A stretch of 64,000 bases of DNA from a bacterium (lineage in GTDB: Bacteria > DRYD01). Location: positions 128,001 to 192,000 of the forward strand of contig JBCNVB010000013.1 of assembly GCA_039630415.1 (NCBI GenBank). Reading direction: 5' to 3'. Every line of letters begins with the position of its first letter. Position 1 is the stretch's first letter. Of the stretch, positions 47,507 through 56,721 are shown one piece after another. The notes beneath the pieces were generated by a model. It searched no databases. It worked only from the letters and a program-made list of their open reading frames with translations, and was not told where the DNA came from. The position numbers and the translations under genes were made by a program.

Positions 47507-47961
47507 AAGGCATTGAATATCTAAATCAAATAGAGGGTAAGATCATAGAAATTCTGAAATTTTATAATCAGACTTCCTATTGTCCATATTCGAATTTCAG
47601 GGTATCTGCTTGTTTAGTGATAAGAAATAATAAACTTAACGAACTTAATTTTGTTGGTGGATGTAATGTGGAAAATTCATCGTATGGGTTAAGTATATGT
47701 GCTGAGAGAAACTTGATTTTCAAATGTATTTCTGAAGGCTATTTTCCTGATGGTAAAAATCTGGACTGGATATTCTTATGTTTATACGTACCTGTCAAAA
47801 AATTTATTTCTCCCTGTGGAGCATGTAGACAAGTAATTTCGGAGTTTGTTGATGATATACCGATTGTTATCTATAACCAAGAACTTCAAAGGAAGGTTTT
47901 ATATTTGTCAGAAATATTTAAGGAAAGATTTTCTCCAACGGACTTAAAAAATTTTCAGTAA
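47503..47961 (+). CDS. cdd: Cytidine deaminase
   Basis: YCPYSNFRV, GCNVENSSYGLSICAER, SPCGACRQ. Confidence 0.93.
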   Translation: MKGIEYLNQIEGKIIEILKFYNQTSYCPYSNFRVSACLVIRNNKLNELNFVGGCNVENSSYGLSICAERNLIFKCISEGYFPDGKNLDWIFLCLYVPVKKFISPCGACRQVISEFVDDIPIVIYNQELQRKVLYLSEIFKERFSPTDLKNFQ

Positions 47962-47977
47962 AGAAAGGAGTATAGGT

Positions 47978-49369
47978 ATGAAAGGAATAGTAGTTACAAA
48001 GCTTATTTTAGTCTTATTTTTGGTTTTGATGATAAGTGGAGCTTCTGCAAAAGAAACAATAAATGTGGTTTCATATATTACAAATTCATCAATAGAGAAT
48101 ATTTTAACTAAGCGTATTAACAGTGTAAGTCAGTCAAAAGTTTTGTCTTTATTTGAGGTTAGGTATCAGAATTTTAATAGTGTAAAAGATTTCATTGATA
48201 GAATTAGAAATAGAGATGTTGACATTGTTGTATGTCCTGTTGCAATGAAGGAGATAGTACAGAGAAAAATATCTGCTAATTATAGATACTGGAATGAGTA
48301 TTTTTCTAAAGCACCAACTTTCTATGCTGTTTACAAGACATATACGTTTGATTTCATGAAAAAATTAAGTTATGATGGAGAAAATGTAGAATTTTTGCCT
48401 CTTTTTGCCTACTCGTTTTACTATGATAGTTCTTTCCCAAATAATTTATCAAATCTAAATGTTATTGAGCTTCTTACAGTATATGATGTATTTTCAAAAG
48501 CTACTGACTATGTAAGTTTTTACTTAAAATATATTGCTTCAAAGAGGGAAGAATCATATATTTATCCTCTTAACGGGACATTACCAAAGGATAATGTAAA
48601 AATTTTGAACTTGAATGAAGGATTTATTAGGGTTGATACACCTTGTGTTGTTTACGGAGTTTTTGTTACGAATTTATCTGCAGATGTTAATAAAATCAAT
48701 GCAACAAATTTCTTAGCAACTAAGATATGGGATTTCGAAACACAGATAGATTTAACACTTGAAGTAGGGGTTTTGTGTTCAGATAAAAATACTACTTTAC
48801 ACCCAGGATTTGTTCAAAAACTAAAGGATAAAAGATTCTCTTTATTGTATAACAGCAAACTGGGTAAGTTAACGGAGTATAAGATAAACTATAACTTATT
48901 CAATGATGTTATTCTGATGATTTTGAATAATGTTAATGCTGAGAATATAGTTGGTTATTTGAATTCCTTTCTTTATAGTCCATTAGTTAATACAGAACTT
49001 CTCTATTCTAGCTATTCTAATTTGATTATACGGAGTGGTTTTAGGAACTATGTTCTAGCTGTATTCTCGGATAAAATGGAGATTAAAAAGCTAGTTTACT
49101 CGAACGATTTTATTAATCAGCAAATAGGAGTATTCGAAAAAGTAGTTAAACATAAAAATAAGCAAATAAAAAGATACCAATCGAAAAAAATATACGATAT
49201 AATATTTTTGATTCTAAATGAAGATAAGAGAATATTTGATATCGAAAACTATGGTATAAAAGTAAAGGAAAAAAATCCGTTAACAATAATTCACACTGAC
49301 AAAAAGCAAAATTTAGTATTCATCAAAAGAAAAACTCCTAATCATAATGTTGTACTAATCGCTAGGTAA
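47978..49369 (+). CDS. Hypothetical exported protein; N-terminus weakly resembles a solute-binding protein
   Basis: Signal peptide ending ASA; VRYQNFNS...DVDIVVCP resembles PotD-type N-termini (weak). Confidence 0.55.
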   Translation: MKGIVVTKLILVLFLVLMISGASAKETINVVSYITNSSIENILTKRINSVSQSKVLSLFEVRYQNFNSVKDFIDRIRNRDVDIVVCPVAMKEIVQRKISANYRYWNEYFSKAPTFYAVYKTYTFDFMKKLSYDGENVEFLPLFAYSFYYDSSFPNNLSNLNVIELLTVYDVFSKATDYVSFYLKYIASKREESYIYPLNGTLPKDNVKILNLNEGFIRVDTPCVVYGVFVTNLSADVNKINATNFLATKIWDFETQIDLTLEVGVLCSDKNTTLHPGFVQKLKDKRFSLLYNSKLGKLTEYKINYNLFNDVILMILNNVNAENIVGYLNSFLYSPLVNTELLYSSYSNLIIRSGFRNYVLAVFSDKMEIKKLVYSNDFINQQIGVFEKVVKHKNKQIKRYQSKKIYDIIFLILNEDKRIFDIENYGIKVKEKNPLTIIHTDKKQNLVFIKRKTPNHNVVLIAR

Positions 49370-49385
49370 GTTTCGAGCATTTAGT

Positions 49386-50294
49386 ATGCATGTAGTTAAG
49401 ATTAGAAAGTACTCTGTTTATGTGATTATTTTTATTGTTGAATTTTTAATCTTATACGGATACTTTATTGTTTTGGATAAGATTAAGCTAAGTAGATATT
49501 ATTTTCAGATGCAACAAAAATCTATTTACAATATTGATTATTCTCTTTCAAAGGGTTATGTTGATACGTTTTTTTTATCTGTGAGGGATTACATTATTTG
49601 GGAGGGACAGGAAGGCAAGTTAATAGAAAGAAAGCAGAGAATAGAAGATTTACTTAGGAATAATTTTCTAACTTCTGATGCTTACTATTTGTCTAAAGCA
49701 CTGCTAGACAAAGATAACAGACCTTTTTTTCTAAAGAATGCTATGCAATCAAATGATGTTTACATAAAATATATTGCCTCCGTGTATTACTACATTTTGG
49801 TCAGTAGACAGTTATCAAAAGCTCTAGCAAGTAGTTATCAAGATTGGAAGGAGAATATTGATCCTAAATACAGATGGATTCTGGATTTGGTTGATAAGCC
49901 TCTTTTCAATATAGCCAAAAATTACCTACTTGTAAGTAAATTGAAGGATGTAGCAATCAAATCACCTAATCCAATATTGTCTTCTATATGCATAGCTGCT
50001 TTGATAGCGGTTGAGTACAAAGATGAGACTTTTTACAGTCGTTTTTTAAGCTCTAATTATCCACTTCTATTCGTAGTTTGTACTGTTGGGTTATACGTAA
50101 CCTCATCGAGTTCACAACTTAAAGAGCATCAGAAATATAGTTATTTTATATTTAATAAGCCAGATTTGTATAGGTATTATAGCATTCTACTGATTGTCAA
50201 GTATTCCAAACCTTCGATTTATAGATTTCTTTTAAGTTCTGATGTTAAGGATTATAAAGAGCATACTATTTGTATTTTGATGATGATAAACTAG
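49386..50294 (+). CDS. Hypothetical membrane-anchored helical protein
   Basis: 302-aa ORF with an N-terminal TM helix. Confidence 0.65.
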   Translation: MHVVKIRKYSVYVIIFIVEFLILYGYFIVLDKIKLSRYYFQMQQKSIYNIDYSLSKGYVDTFFLSVRDYIIWEGQEGKLIERKQRIEDLLRNNFLTSDAYYLSKALLDKDNRPFFLKNAMQSNDVYIKYIASVYYYILVSRQLSKALASSYQDWKENIDPKYRWILDLVDKPLFNIAKNYLLVSKLKDVAIKSPNPILSSICIAALIAVEYKDETFYSRFLSSNYPLLFVVCTVGLYVTSSSSQLKEHQKYSYFIFNKPDLYRYYSILLIVKYSKPSIYRFLLSSDVKDYKEHTICILMMIN

Positions 50295-50316
50295 GGATAA
50301 TAAGTCGGGTTTTTTT

Positions 50317-51984
50317 ATGGAAGACTTGATCCTGAATATCAAAAAAACAATAAACTATGGAGATTTTTTTGGTAAGTATTTGAAATTGAAGAGGGTAGGC
50401 TCTACGTATATGTCAATATGTCCGTTTCATGCTGATAGTCAACCATCATTATCAGTAGATTTAGAAAGGGGATTGTGGTATTGTTTTGGCTGTAACAAAG
50501 GAGGGGATGTTTTCAATTTTGTTATGGAGATGGAAAACTGTTCATTCAAAGAAGCTCTTTATTACTTAGCTGATATTCTTAATATACCACTTCAGGATAA
50601 CCAGAACCTGGAAAGGTTGAAAGTTAAGATTGATTTTGAGTTGTATGAAAAGATATTGAGTTTTTATAGTAATGTTCTGAACAAAACAGAGGTTGGTCAA
50701 AGGGCTAGGAAATATCTGGAATCTAGAAAAGTGGGATCAGAAGTTTGGAAAAAATTCAGTTTGGGATATTGCCCCAAAAATATCAAAAATCTTCTAACTT
50801 TTTGTCAAAAAAAAGGAATAAGTATTGAATCACTGGTTAAAGTTGGATTAGTTTACAAAAAAGGAGAAGATTATCAGGAAATACTTAGTGGAAGAATTGT
50901 TATACCTATTTTTTCACACAATAGTAAGATATTAGGATTTGCGGGCAGAACGATTGAGGATGAACAACCAAAATATATCAACACTATAGGCTTAAATAAA
51001 TCTTCTACTTTATATGGCATTAATCTTGCTAAGAGTTATATAAAGTCTACAGGTAACGTTTTTTTAGTTGAGGGATATTTTGATGTATGGGCTCTTCATA
51101 GTATAGGTATCCAAAATGTTTTGGGTTTGATGGGAACTTCTATAACTAACAATCAAATTCAATTAATCAAAAGATATTGTTCTGAGGTGATACTAACTTT
51201 AGATTCTGATAAAGCAGGACAAATTTCTACTTTTAATCAATTGGTTAAGTTAGTATCAGAGAACTTGGTTGTAAAAGTGGTTATAATACAAGAAGCAAAG
51301 GATCCATCTGAATTACTATCTATTGATTCCCAAAAGCTTATTGAAAATTTGAACAATATCAAGTCTGATATTGATTACTTAACTCAATGTTATCTTTCCA
51401 CTATTGATATATACGAAAGGCAAAAATTTTTGGAAAAATTCATAGTACTTTTCCTACAAAGTGTGAAAAAAGAAATAATAAGAGAGGAATATATTAAGAA
51501 ATTTTCAAAAGAATCTTCTTTACCGTATACTTACTTAAGAAGATTGATAAAAAGTAAAATTGTATCAGATATAAGTTTGCAACAAAGAATAGATCTAGAA
51601 ATATACTTTGCTATTTTTTGCTTCGTTAACTTCGATATTTTTGAGAAGTATTATACAAGTGAATATCTAAAAGTGCAAAGAGATTACTTTGAAAAGGATA
51701 AGGCTTATATATTGTTTAAATATTTAGAGGAATGCGTTAGCAAAGGGATTCAACCAGCACAGAAAATCATTCATGACAATAATCTCACAGAAGAGCTAAA
51801 AATGGTTGTCAAAAACACAATAAAGCTAGATTCAAAAGAAAGGGAACTTTATTTTCTTGAATTATACAACAATTTAAGAAAAAAGTACTTGGTTAAGGAT
51901 TTAAAGGAATATATCAAAAAGGGTAACTATGAAAAAGCAAAGGAAATTGAAGAAGAACTTAGAAAATTGTCAAGAAACAAATAA
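50317..51984 (+). CDS. dnaG: DNA primase
   Basis: CHC2 finger CPFH...CFGC, GRIVIPI, FAGR, PKYIN, TOPRIM VEGYFDV and DSDKAG. Confidence 0.96.
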   Translation: MEDLILNIKKTINYGDFFGKYLKLKRVGSTYMSICPFHADSQPSLSVDLERGLWYCFGCNKGGDVFNFVMEMENCSFKEALYYLADILNIPLQDNQNLERLKVKIDFELYEKILSFYSNVLNKTEVGQRARKYLESRKVGSEVWKKFSLGYCPKNIKNLLTFCQKKGISIESLVKVGLVYKKGEDYQEILSGRIVIPIFSHNSKILGFAGRTIEDEQPKYINTIGLNKSSTLYGINLAKSYIKSTGNVFLVEGYFDVWALHSIGIQNVLGLMGTSITNNQIQLIKRYCSEVILTLDSDKAGQISTFNQLVKLVSENLVVKVVIIQEAKDPSELLSIDSQKLIENLNNIKSDIDYLTQCYLSTIDIYERQKFLEKFIVLFLQSVKKEIIREEYIKKFSKESSLPYTYLRRLIKSKIVSDISLQQRIDLEIYFAIFCFVNFDIFEKYYTSEYLKVQRDYFEKDKAYILFKYLEECVSKGIQPAQKIIHDNNLTEELKMVVKNTIKLDSKERELYFLELYNNLRKKYLVKDLKEYIKKGNYEKAKEIEEELRKLSRNK

Positions 51985-52996
51985 ACCTGCGGAAATCAAG
52001 GCAGATAAAATAGACTTAGAGGAGATATACAGTAAGGTTAAAATTGGTTCATTTAATGACTATGGTTGGGCTATAGAGAATTATAGAAATTTTAAGGGTA
52101 TTACACGCGAGCAAGAGTTGAAAATAATAAATGATGCTAAGCAAGGGAAAATGGAAGCCAAAATAATCCTCATTTCTTTGGTTTTCCCATATATAATTAA
52201 GCTGTATAAAACTATGAACAAGCAATCAGATTACATGGACTATATTTCTGACGGCATTGCTGCTTCTTTGGAAGCTATTCAAAGATACGATCTAAAAAGA
52301 TATAACGTAAGGTTTTCAACTTATGCAGCCTACTGGATATACCACTCAATTTTGAGAAGTACTTATCAAGAAACAACCGTCAAAGTACCTGTTTCTATCT
52401 ACTCTGAGTACTCCAAATTCATAAAAGCATATAACCAGTATATTCATCAATATGGATGCAAACCAACTATAAATGAATTGATAGACTATATCTTTGGAGA
52501 AGAAGTAAGAAAAAAAATAAAGCAAGAAAATCCTGAACTTTCAGAAAAAGACGATATTTTCAAAAGGATTTATAATTTGAAAATATCAGATCTGAAGGAG
52601 AAGTATTCTAGAATAATAAATTTTATGTCTTTGAAGTCAGAAATTTCTTTACAGGATGTTAGATTTTCTAATAGCACTAAAACAATTGAAGAGTTTATAG
52701 AAAGTGAACAATATGATGAACCTGAAACTGACTTAACACAAAGGGATATAAAAGAAAACATAATAAGAAATGTAATGACCTATCTTGATGACGAAGAAAA
52801 GATAATAGTTCTTGAGTATTATGGATTACTAGATAATGAAGGGAAAACACTTGAGCAGATAAGAGATATAATTTTTTCTGTATTTGGTAAAAAGTATTCA
52901 AAAGAAAGAATTAGGCAAAAACTAAGGAATGCTAACTTTAAACTGAGAAAAGTTTTATCAAAAGAGATGGAAGGATTTCTAAAGGAGGGGTATTAA
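51929..52996 (+). CDS. Sigma70-family RNA polymerase sigma factor (divergent group 1/2-like)
   Basis: Region 2 RFSTYAAYWI, VKVPV, region 3 ISLQD, region 4 TLEQI...SKERIRQ; directly downstream of dnaG. Confidence 0.88.
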   Translation: MKKQRKLKKNLENCQETNKPAEIKADKIDLEEIYSKVKIGSFNDYGWAIENYRNFKGITREQELKIINDAKQGKMEAKIILISLVFPYIIKLYKTMNKQSDYMDYISDGIAASLEAIQRYDLKRYNVRFSTYAAYWIYHSILRSTYQETTVKVPVSIYSEYSKFIKAYNQYIHQYGCKPTINELIDYIFGEEVRKKIKQENPELSEKDDIFKRIYNLKISDLKEKYSRIINFMSLKSEISLQDVRFSNSTKTIEEFIESEQYDEPETDLTQRDIKENIIRNVMTYLDDEEKIIVLEYYGLLDNEGKTLEQIRDIIFSVFGKKYSKERIRQKLRNANFKLRKVLSKEMEGFLKEGY

Positions 52997-54285
52997 TGAA
53001 AACATTTTTAAGAGATTTAAAAGCTTTTTGGGTTTTAGATAGTAGATCAAATCCTGCTTTGGAGGTATGGGCTTTCCTAGAAAGAAATGGAAGTATGTAC
53101 TATGACAATTTCATAGTTCCCTCAGGAGCTTCTACTGGTGATTTTGAAGCTCTTGAACTTAGAGATAACGATCAAAATTTTCATGGTAAAGGACTTTCTA
53201 AAGCTATACAATCTGTGTATTACATAAGAGATAGACTTAAGGATCAGGTGGTGGACGATTTATTTGAAGTGGATAGAAAGATAAGGGAACTGGATGGAAC
53301 GGAGAATAAAAGTAGATTAGGAGCAAATGCAATACTTGGGGTTTCAGTAAGTATTGCTAAAGCCTTATCCAAATCTTACAACTTACCATTTTTCAAATAT
53401 ATTAGCTTACTAAGCGGTTCAACAAAATACTTCTTGCCAGTTCCATTTATGAATATAATTAATGGTGGAGTCCATGCGGACAATCAATTAGATTTTCAAG
53501 AATTTATGATATGCCCAATAAACTTTGATAGTTTTTCTGAAGCCTTAAAAGCAGGCAGTGAAATTTACAATCATCTAAAGAAAATATTAAAGCAAGATGG
53601 TCATAGTGTATCAGTTGGTGATGAAGGAGGATTTGCTCCCAACATAGACTGTCCTTTTGTAGCATGTGATTACATACTTAAAGCCATAGAAAAAGCGGGC
53701 TATACTGACAAAGTTTTTATAGCTCTTGACGTTGCTGCTAGCTCTATGTATAAGGATGGAAAATATGCCTACAAGAATAGTTATATTTCTTCTGAACAAC
53801 TCTCTGAAATATATTCACAATTGATAGAAAAATACCCAATAATATCTATAGAAGATCCTTTTGATCAGGAGGATTGGCAAGCTTGGATCAAATTCACTCA
53901 AAAATATGGCAATCGAATAAGAATAGTTGGTGATGATTTATTTGTTACGAATACTAAAAGACTTAGTAAAGGTATAGAACTAAAAGCAGCAAACTCTATC
54001 CTTATTAAATTAAATCAAATTGGAACTCTTACGGAGACAATAGATGCTATTAATTTGGCAAATAGTAATAATTTTAGCTGTATTATTTCTCATAGATCTG
54101 GAGAGACGGAAGATAATACGATTTCTCACCTAGCTGTAAATATTTCATATTGTATAAAGTCTGGTGCCCCAGCTAGAAGTGAAAGAAATTCTAAATACAA
54201 TGAACTAAGAAGAATTGAGGAGTTCTATAACATACCATACATATCTAATAAGTTTTTTGTCCAAGCCTTAGTATCAAAAATATGA
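52996..54285 (+). CDS. eno: Enolase
   Basis: VPSGASTG..EALELRD, LGANAILGVS, GDEGGFAP, VGDDLFVTN, SHRSGETED. Confidence 0.97.
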   Translation: MKTFLRDLKAFWVLDSRSNPALEVWAFLERNGSMYYDNFIVPSGASTGDFEALELRDNDQNFHGKGLSKAIQSVYYIRDRLKDQVVDDLFEVDRKIRELDGTENKSRLGANAILGVSVSIAKALSKSYNLPFFKYISLLSGSTKYFLPVPFMNIINGGVHADNQLDFQEFMICPINFDSFSEALKAGSEIYNHLKKILKQDGHSVSVGDEGGFAPNIDCPFVACDYILKAIEKAGYTDKVFIALDVAASSMYKDGKYAYKNSYISSEQLSEIYSQLIEKYPIISIEDPFDQEDWQAWIKFTQKYGNRIRIVGDDLFVTNTKRLSKGIELKAANSILIKLNQIGTLTETIDAINLANSNNFSCIISHRSGETEDNTISHLAVNISYCIKSGAPARSERNSKYNELRRIEEFYNIPYISNKFFVQALVSKI

Positions 54286-55001
54286 ATATAGGAATATATT
54301 CTGGAACTTTTAATCCAATCCACATTGGACATGTAACCGTTATCAACTACTCAATTGAAGAATTAAAACTAGACTTACTTTACGTGGTGCCAAATAAATA
54401 TCCCGTTCATAAAAAAAGAAAGTACTTTCTTGAACCATCCTTAAGAATTCAAATGATCCAGTATACTTTGGAAGAATCAAAATACTATCACAAGGTGCAG
54501 ATATCGGACTTTGAGATAACAAGTAATCAGGATTCCTATTCCTATATAACTGTCGATTATTTTAGAAAGAAACATCCCATTGATACACTTTTTTTCATAA
54601 TTGGTATAGATAGTTTAATTTTTCATTTTTGGCATAATTTTGATTCTATATGGGAAAAAATAGACTACTTTGCAGTTATAAACAGAAACATAGAAAGTGA
54701 AGATTTAAAAATTTACATGAAACAGAAATTAGAGGACCTCAAAAATAAAGCGTTAGAATACAATGAAATTTTACTTAAAATATTAGATACTTACTTAGAT
54801 ATCGACAAAAAATTTATTTTGTTAAAAATCCCAAGAATAGAAATTTCTTCTAGTTTAATTTGGCAAAGACTAGAGGAATCAAAAAGTATAGATTATTGGG
54901 TAAATGAAAAGGTAAAAAAGATATTGTATTCAATTCCGCTTGGGGGCGAAAAGCGGAATACAAATCCCCCACAAAAACAGAACTATGAACATACTAGATA
55001 A
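54282..55001 (+). CDS. nadD: Nicotinate-nucleotide adenylyltransferase
   Basis: GTFNPIHIGH, FIIGIDS, EISSSLI. Confidence 0.92.
   Translation: MNIGIYSGTFNPIHIGHVTVINYSIEELKLDLLYVVPNKYPVHKKRKYFLEPSLRIQMIQYTLEESKYYHKVQISDFEITSNQDSYSYITVDYFRKKHPIDTLFFIIGIDSLIFHFWHNFDSIWEKIDYFAVINRNIESEDLKIYMKQKLEDLKNKALEYNEILLKILDTYLDIDKKFILLKIPRIEISSSLIWQRLEESKSIDYWVNEKVKKILYSIPLGGEKRNTNPPQKQNYEHTR
54924..54971 (+). other. GC-rich RNA structure (candidate H-type pseudoknot)
   Basis: ATTCCGCTT (54933-41) complements AAGCGGAAT (54951-59); TGGGGG (54941-46) complements CCCCCA (54966-71). Confidence 0.55.
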
Positions 55002-56046
55002 AATATTAAACCTACTCTTTCAAGAAAACGGCGAAGGACTGTTCCTGGTGGAAGATATTCCGCCTTTTATAAGATATAGGGATAAAAAAATTCAAAACAT
55101 CATAGATGAAAAACTAGAGAGAGATAAAATAGAGGAGATATTGAGAATATTTATGAATGAAAAAGATATGTCGGATCTAAAAACGAATGGATACTGGTTG
55201 GGTAACTATGTTACAAGTAATGGTTTACCTTTCAGCTGTATAGTTTTTTCACAAAAAGCTAAAATGTCAGTAATATTTTCTCCCGCTGTAATAGAAACTG
55301 TTAAGTTGTCGAGTTTAGATTTACCCGTTCAATATATTGAAGCTTTGAATAAAAACAAAGGATTAATAATAATAGCTGGGCCTAAAAAGAGTGGTAAAAC
55401 TACTATTTATAACGCATCTATAGATTATATTCTTGAAAATCGAAGCGTTATGGTTGCTAGTATCGAAGAATTTATTGAGAAAGAATTTTCTAACAATAGA
55501 GGTATTATTTATCAATTTGTAATCGGTAAAGATTGTGGTTTAGTAAAAGATGCTTTGGGAATTGTAAGAAGACTAAAACCTGATATAGTTGCTATTCAGG
55601 AAATTATAAACTATGAGTATTTGGAAATGGCATTGGATTTAGCTCTTAGTGGATTGCTTGTTATTGCTACTATTAACGCGGATGGAATAGTATCTGTACT
55701 AGAAAAAATTGCTGGTATGTCTGGAGAAAATAAAAACAAAGTATTTAGATATCTTTCTATGGTTTTGGAGATTGTTATATCTGGTAACTTGTTTACTTCT
55801 AATGAAGGTGATTTGAAGTATATTTATGATTTTTATTTCAATGATCCAGAATTTGTCAAACCGCTTTCAATGGGTGATATAAATGAGGTTTACTTGAAGA
55901 TGATTGAAAGAAGAGAGAAAGGGTATAGAGTACAAGAATATACCCTTAAAGCTTTAGTTAAGAAAGGGGTTATTTCAGAGCAGGAAGCTTTACTTAAGGC
56001 TGCAAGAATTAATGATTTCAAGAGGATTATGTTGAGTCCTTACTAA
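54985..56046 (+). CDS. PilT-like ATPase paralog with degenerate motifs
   Basis: GPKKSGKTT Walker A, SIEEFIE, KPDIVAIQEI, ALSGLLVIATINAD; PilT-like length and N-domain; ATG at 54985. Confidence 0.8.
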   Translation: MNILDKILNLLFQENGEGLFLVEDIPPFIRYRDKKIQNIIDEKLERDKIEEILRIFMNEKDMSDLKTNGYWLGNYVTSNGLPFSCIVFSQKAKMSVIFSPAVIETVKLSSLDLPVQYIEALNKNKGLIIIAGPKKSGKTTIYNASIDYILENRSVMVASIEEFIEKEFSNNRGIIYQFVIGKDCGLVKDALGIVRRLKPDIVAIQEIINYEYLEMALDLALSGLLVIATINADGIVSVLEKIAGMSGENKNKVFRYLSMVLEIVISGNLFTSNEGDLKYIYDFYFNDPEFVKPLSMGDINEVYLKMIERREKGYRVQEYTLKALVKKGVISEQEALLKAARINDFKRIMLSPY

Positions 56047-56058
56047 GGGGGTGATTGA

Positions 56059-56709
56059 GTGATAATAATCATTCCCCTTCTTTTACTTATACTTGTAATA
56101 GTATCGTATTTTATACCGGGAGTGACTTTTAATTTATTGTGGGTATATTTAGTAATAGCTCTTGGTGCTACAGGTTTACTTATTTTTTTGTTTTTTTTAG
56201 GTATGTTGGATTTAGGTGGAGATGGGGATGTTCATTCAGTAGCTGATCATCATTCGGTGCATCACGATACTTCAGGAGCTGACCATGGAGGTGGATTGCC
56301 GCTATTTGTTACTTCTCCTTCCGCGGTACTTATCTTGTCTGCTTTGTTCGGAGGATTTGGGTTAATCAGTCATAGTATACTGTTTTTTCTACCTTCAAGG
56401 GTTAAAGATCTGGTGTCTATTTTTGTTTCTACTTTCCTATCTTTGTTCATATATGCTTATGTAGTAAAAGTGGTTTTGTCTTTTCTCAAAACTAGTAGTA
56501 TTGTAAAGAGTGGATCTTATTATGAAGGTAAGGAAGCAGAGGTTTTATATGATATACCTGAAGATGGATTCGGGAAAGTAAACGTAAAAACTGAGGATAA
56601 AATAGAACAGTTACTAGCTAAAAGTGAGGATGGGTCTAGAATACCTGCTGGACAAATTGTAAGAATAAAAAAACATATGGGTACTTTTGTTATAGTTGAA
56701 AAAATATAG
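56059..56709 (+). CDS. NfeD-like (YuaF-type) membrane protein
   Basis: TM helices, LFGGFGL, C-terminal OB fold GKEAEVLYDIPEDGFGKV...IPAGQIVRI. Confidence 0.8.
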   Translation: MIIIIPLLLLILVIVSYFIPGVTFNLLWVYLVIALGATGLLIFLFFLGMLDLGGDGDVHSVADHHSVHHDTSGADHGGGLPLFVTSPSAVLILSALFGGFGLISHSILFFLPSRVKDLVSIFVSTFLSLFIYAYVVKVVLSFLKTSSIVKSGSYYEGKEAEVLYDIPEDGFGKVNVKTEDKIEQLLAKSEDGSRIPAGQIVRIKKHMGTFVIVEKI

Positions 56710-56721
56710 GGAGGGTATAAG

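Noticed and set aside
54924..54965. CRISPR repeat (reverse strand ends GGAATTGAATAC, resembling ...GGAATTGAAAC)
   Set aside because: Single copy, no spacers and no cas genes in the window
54914..56046. NadD-PilT fusion produced by -1 frameshifting
   Set aside because: The pilT-like ORF is in the +1 frame relative to nadD; the -1 frame stops at 54986-54988
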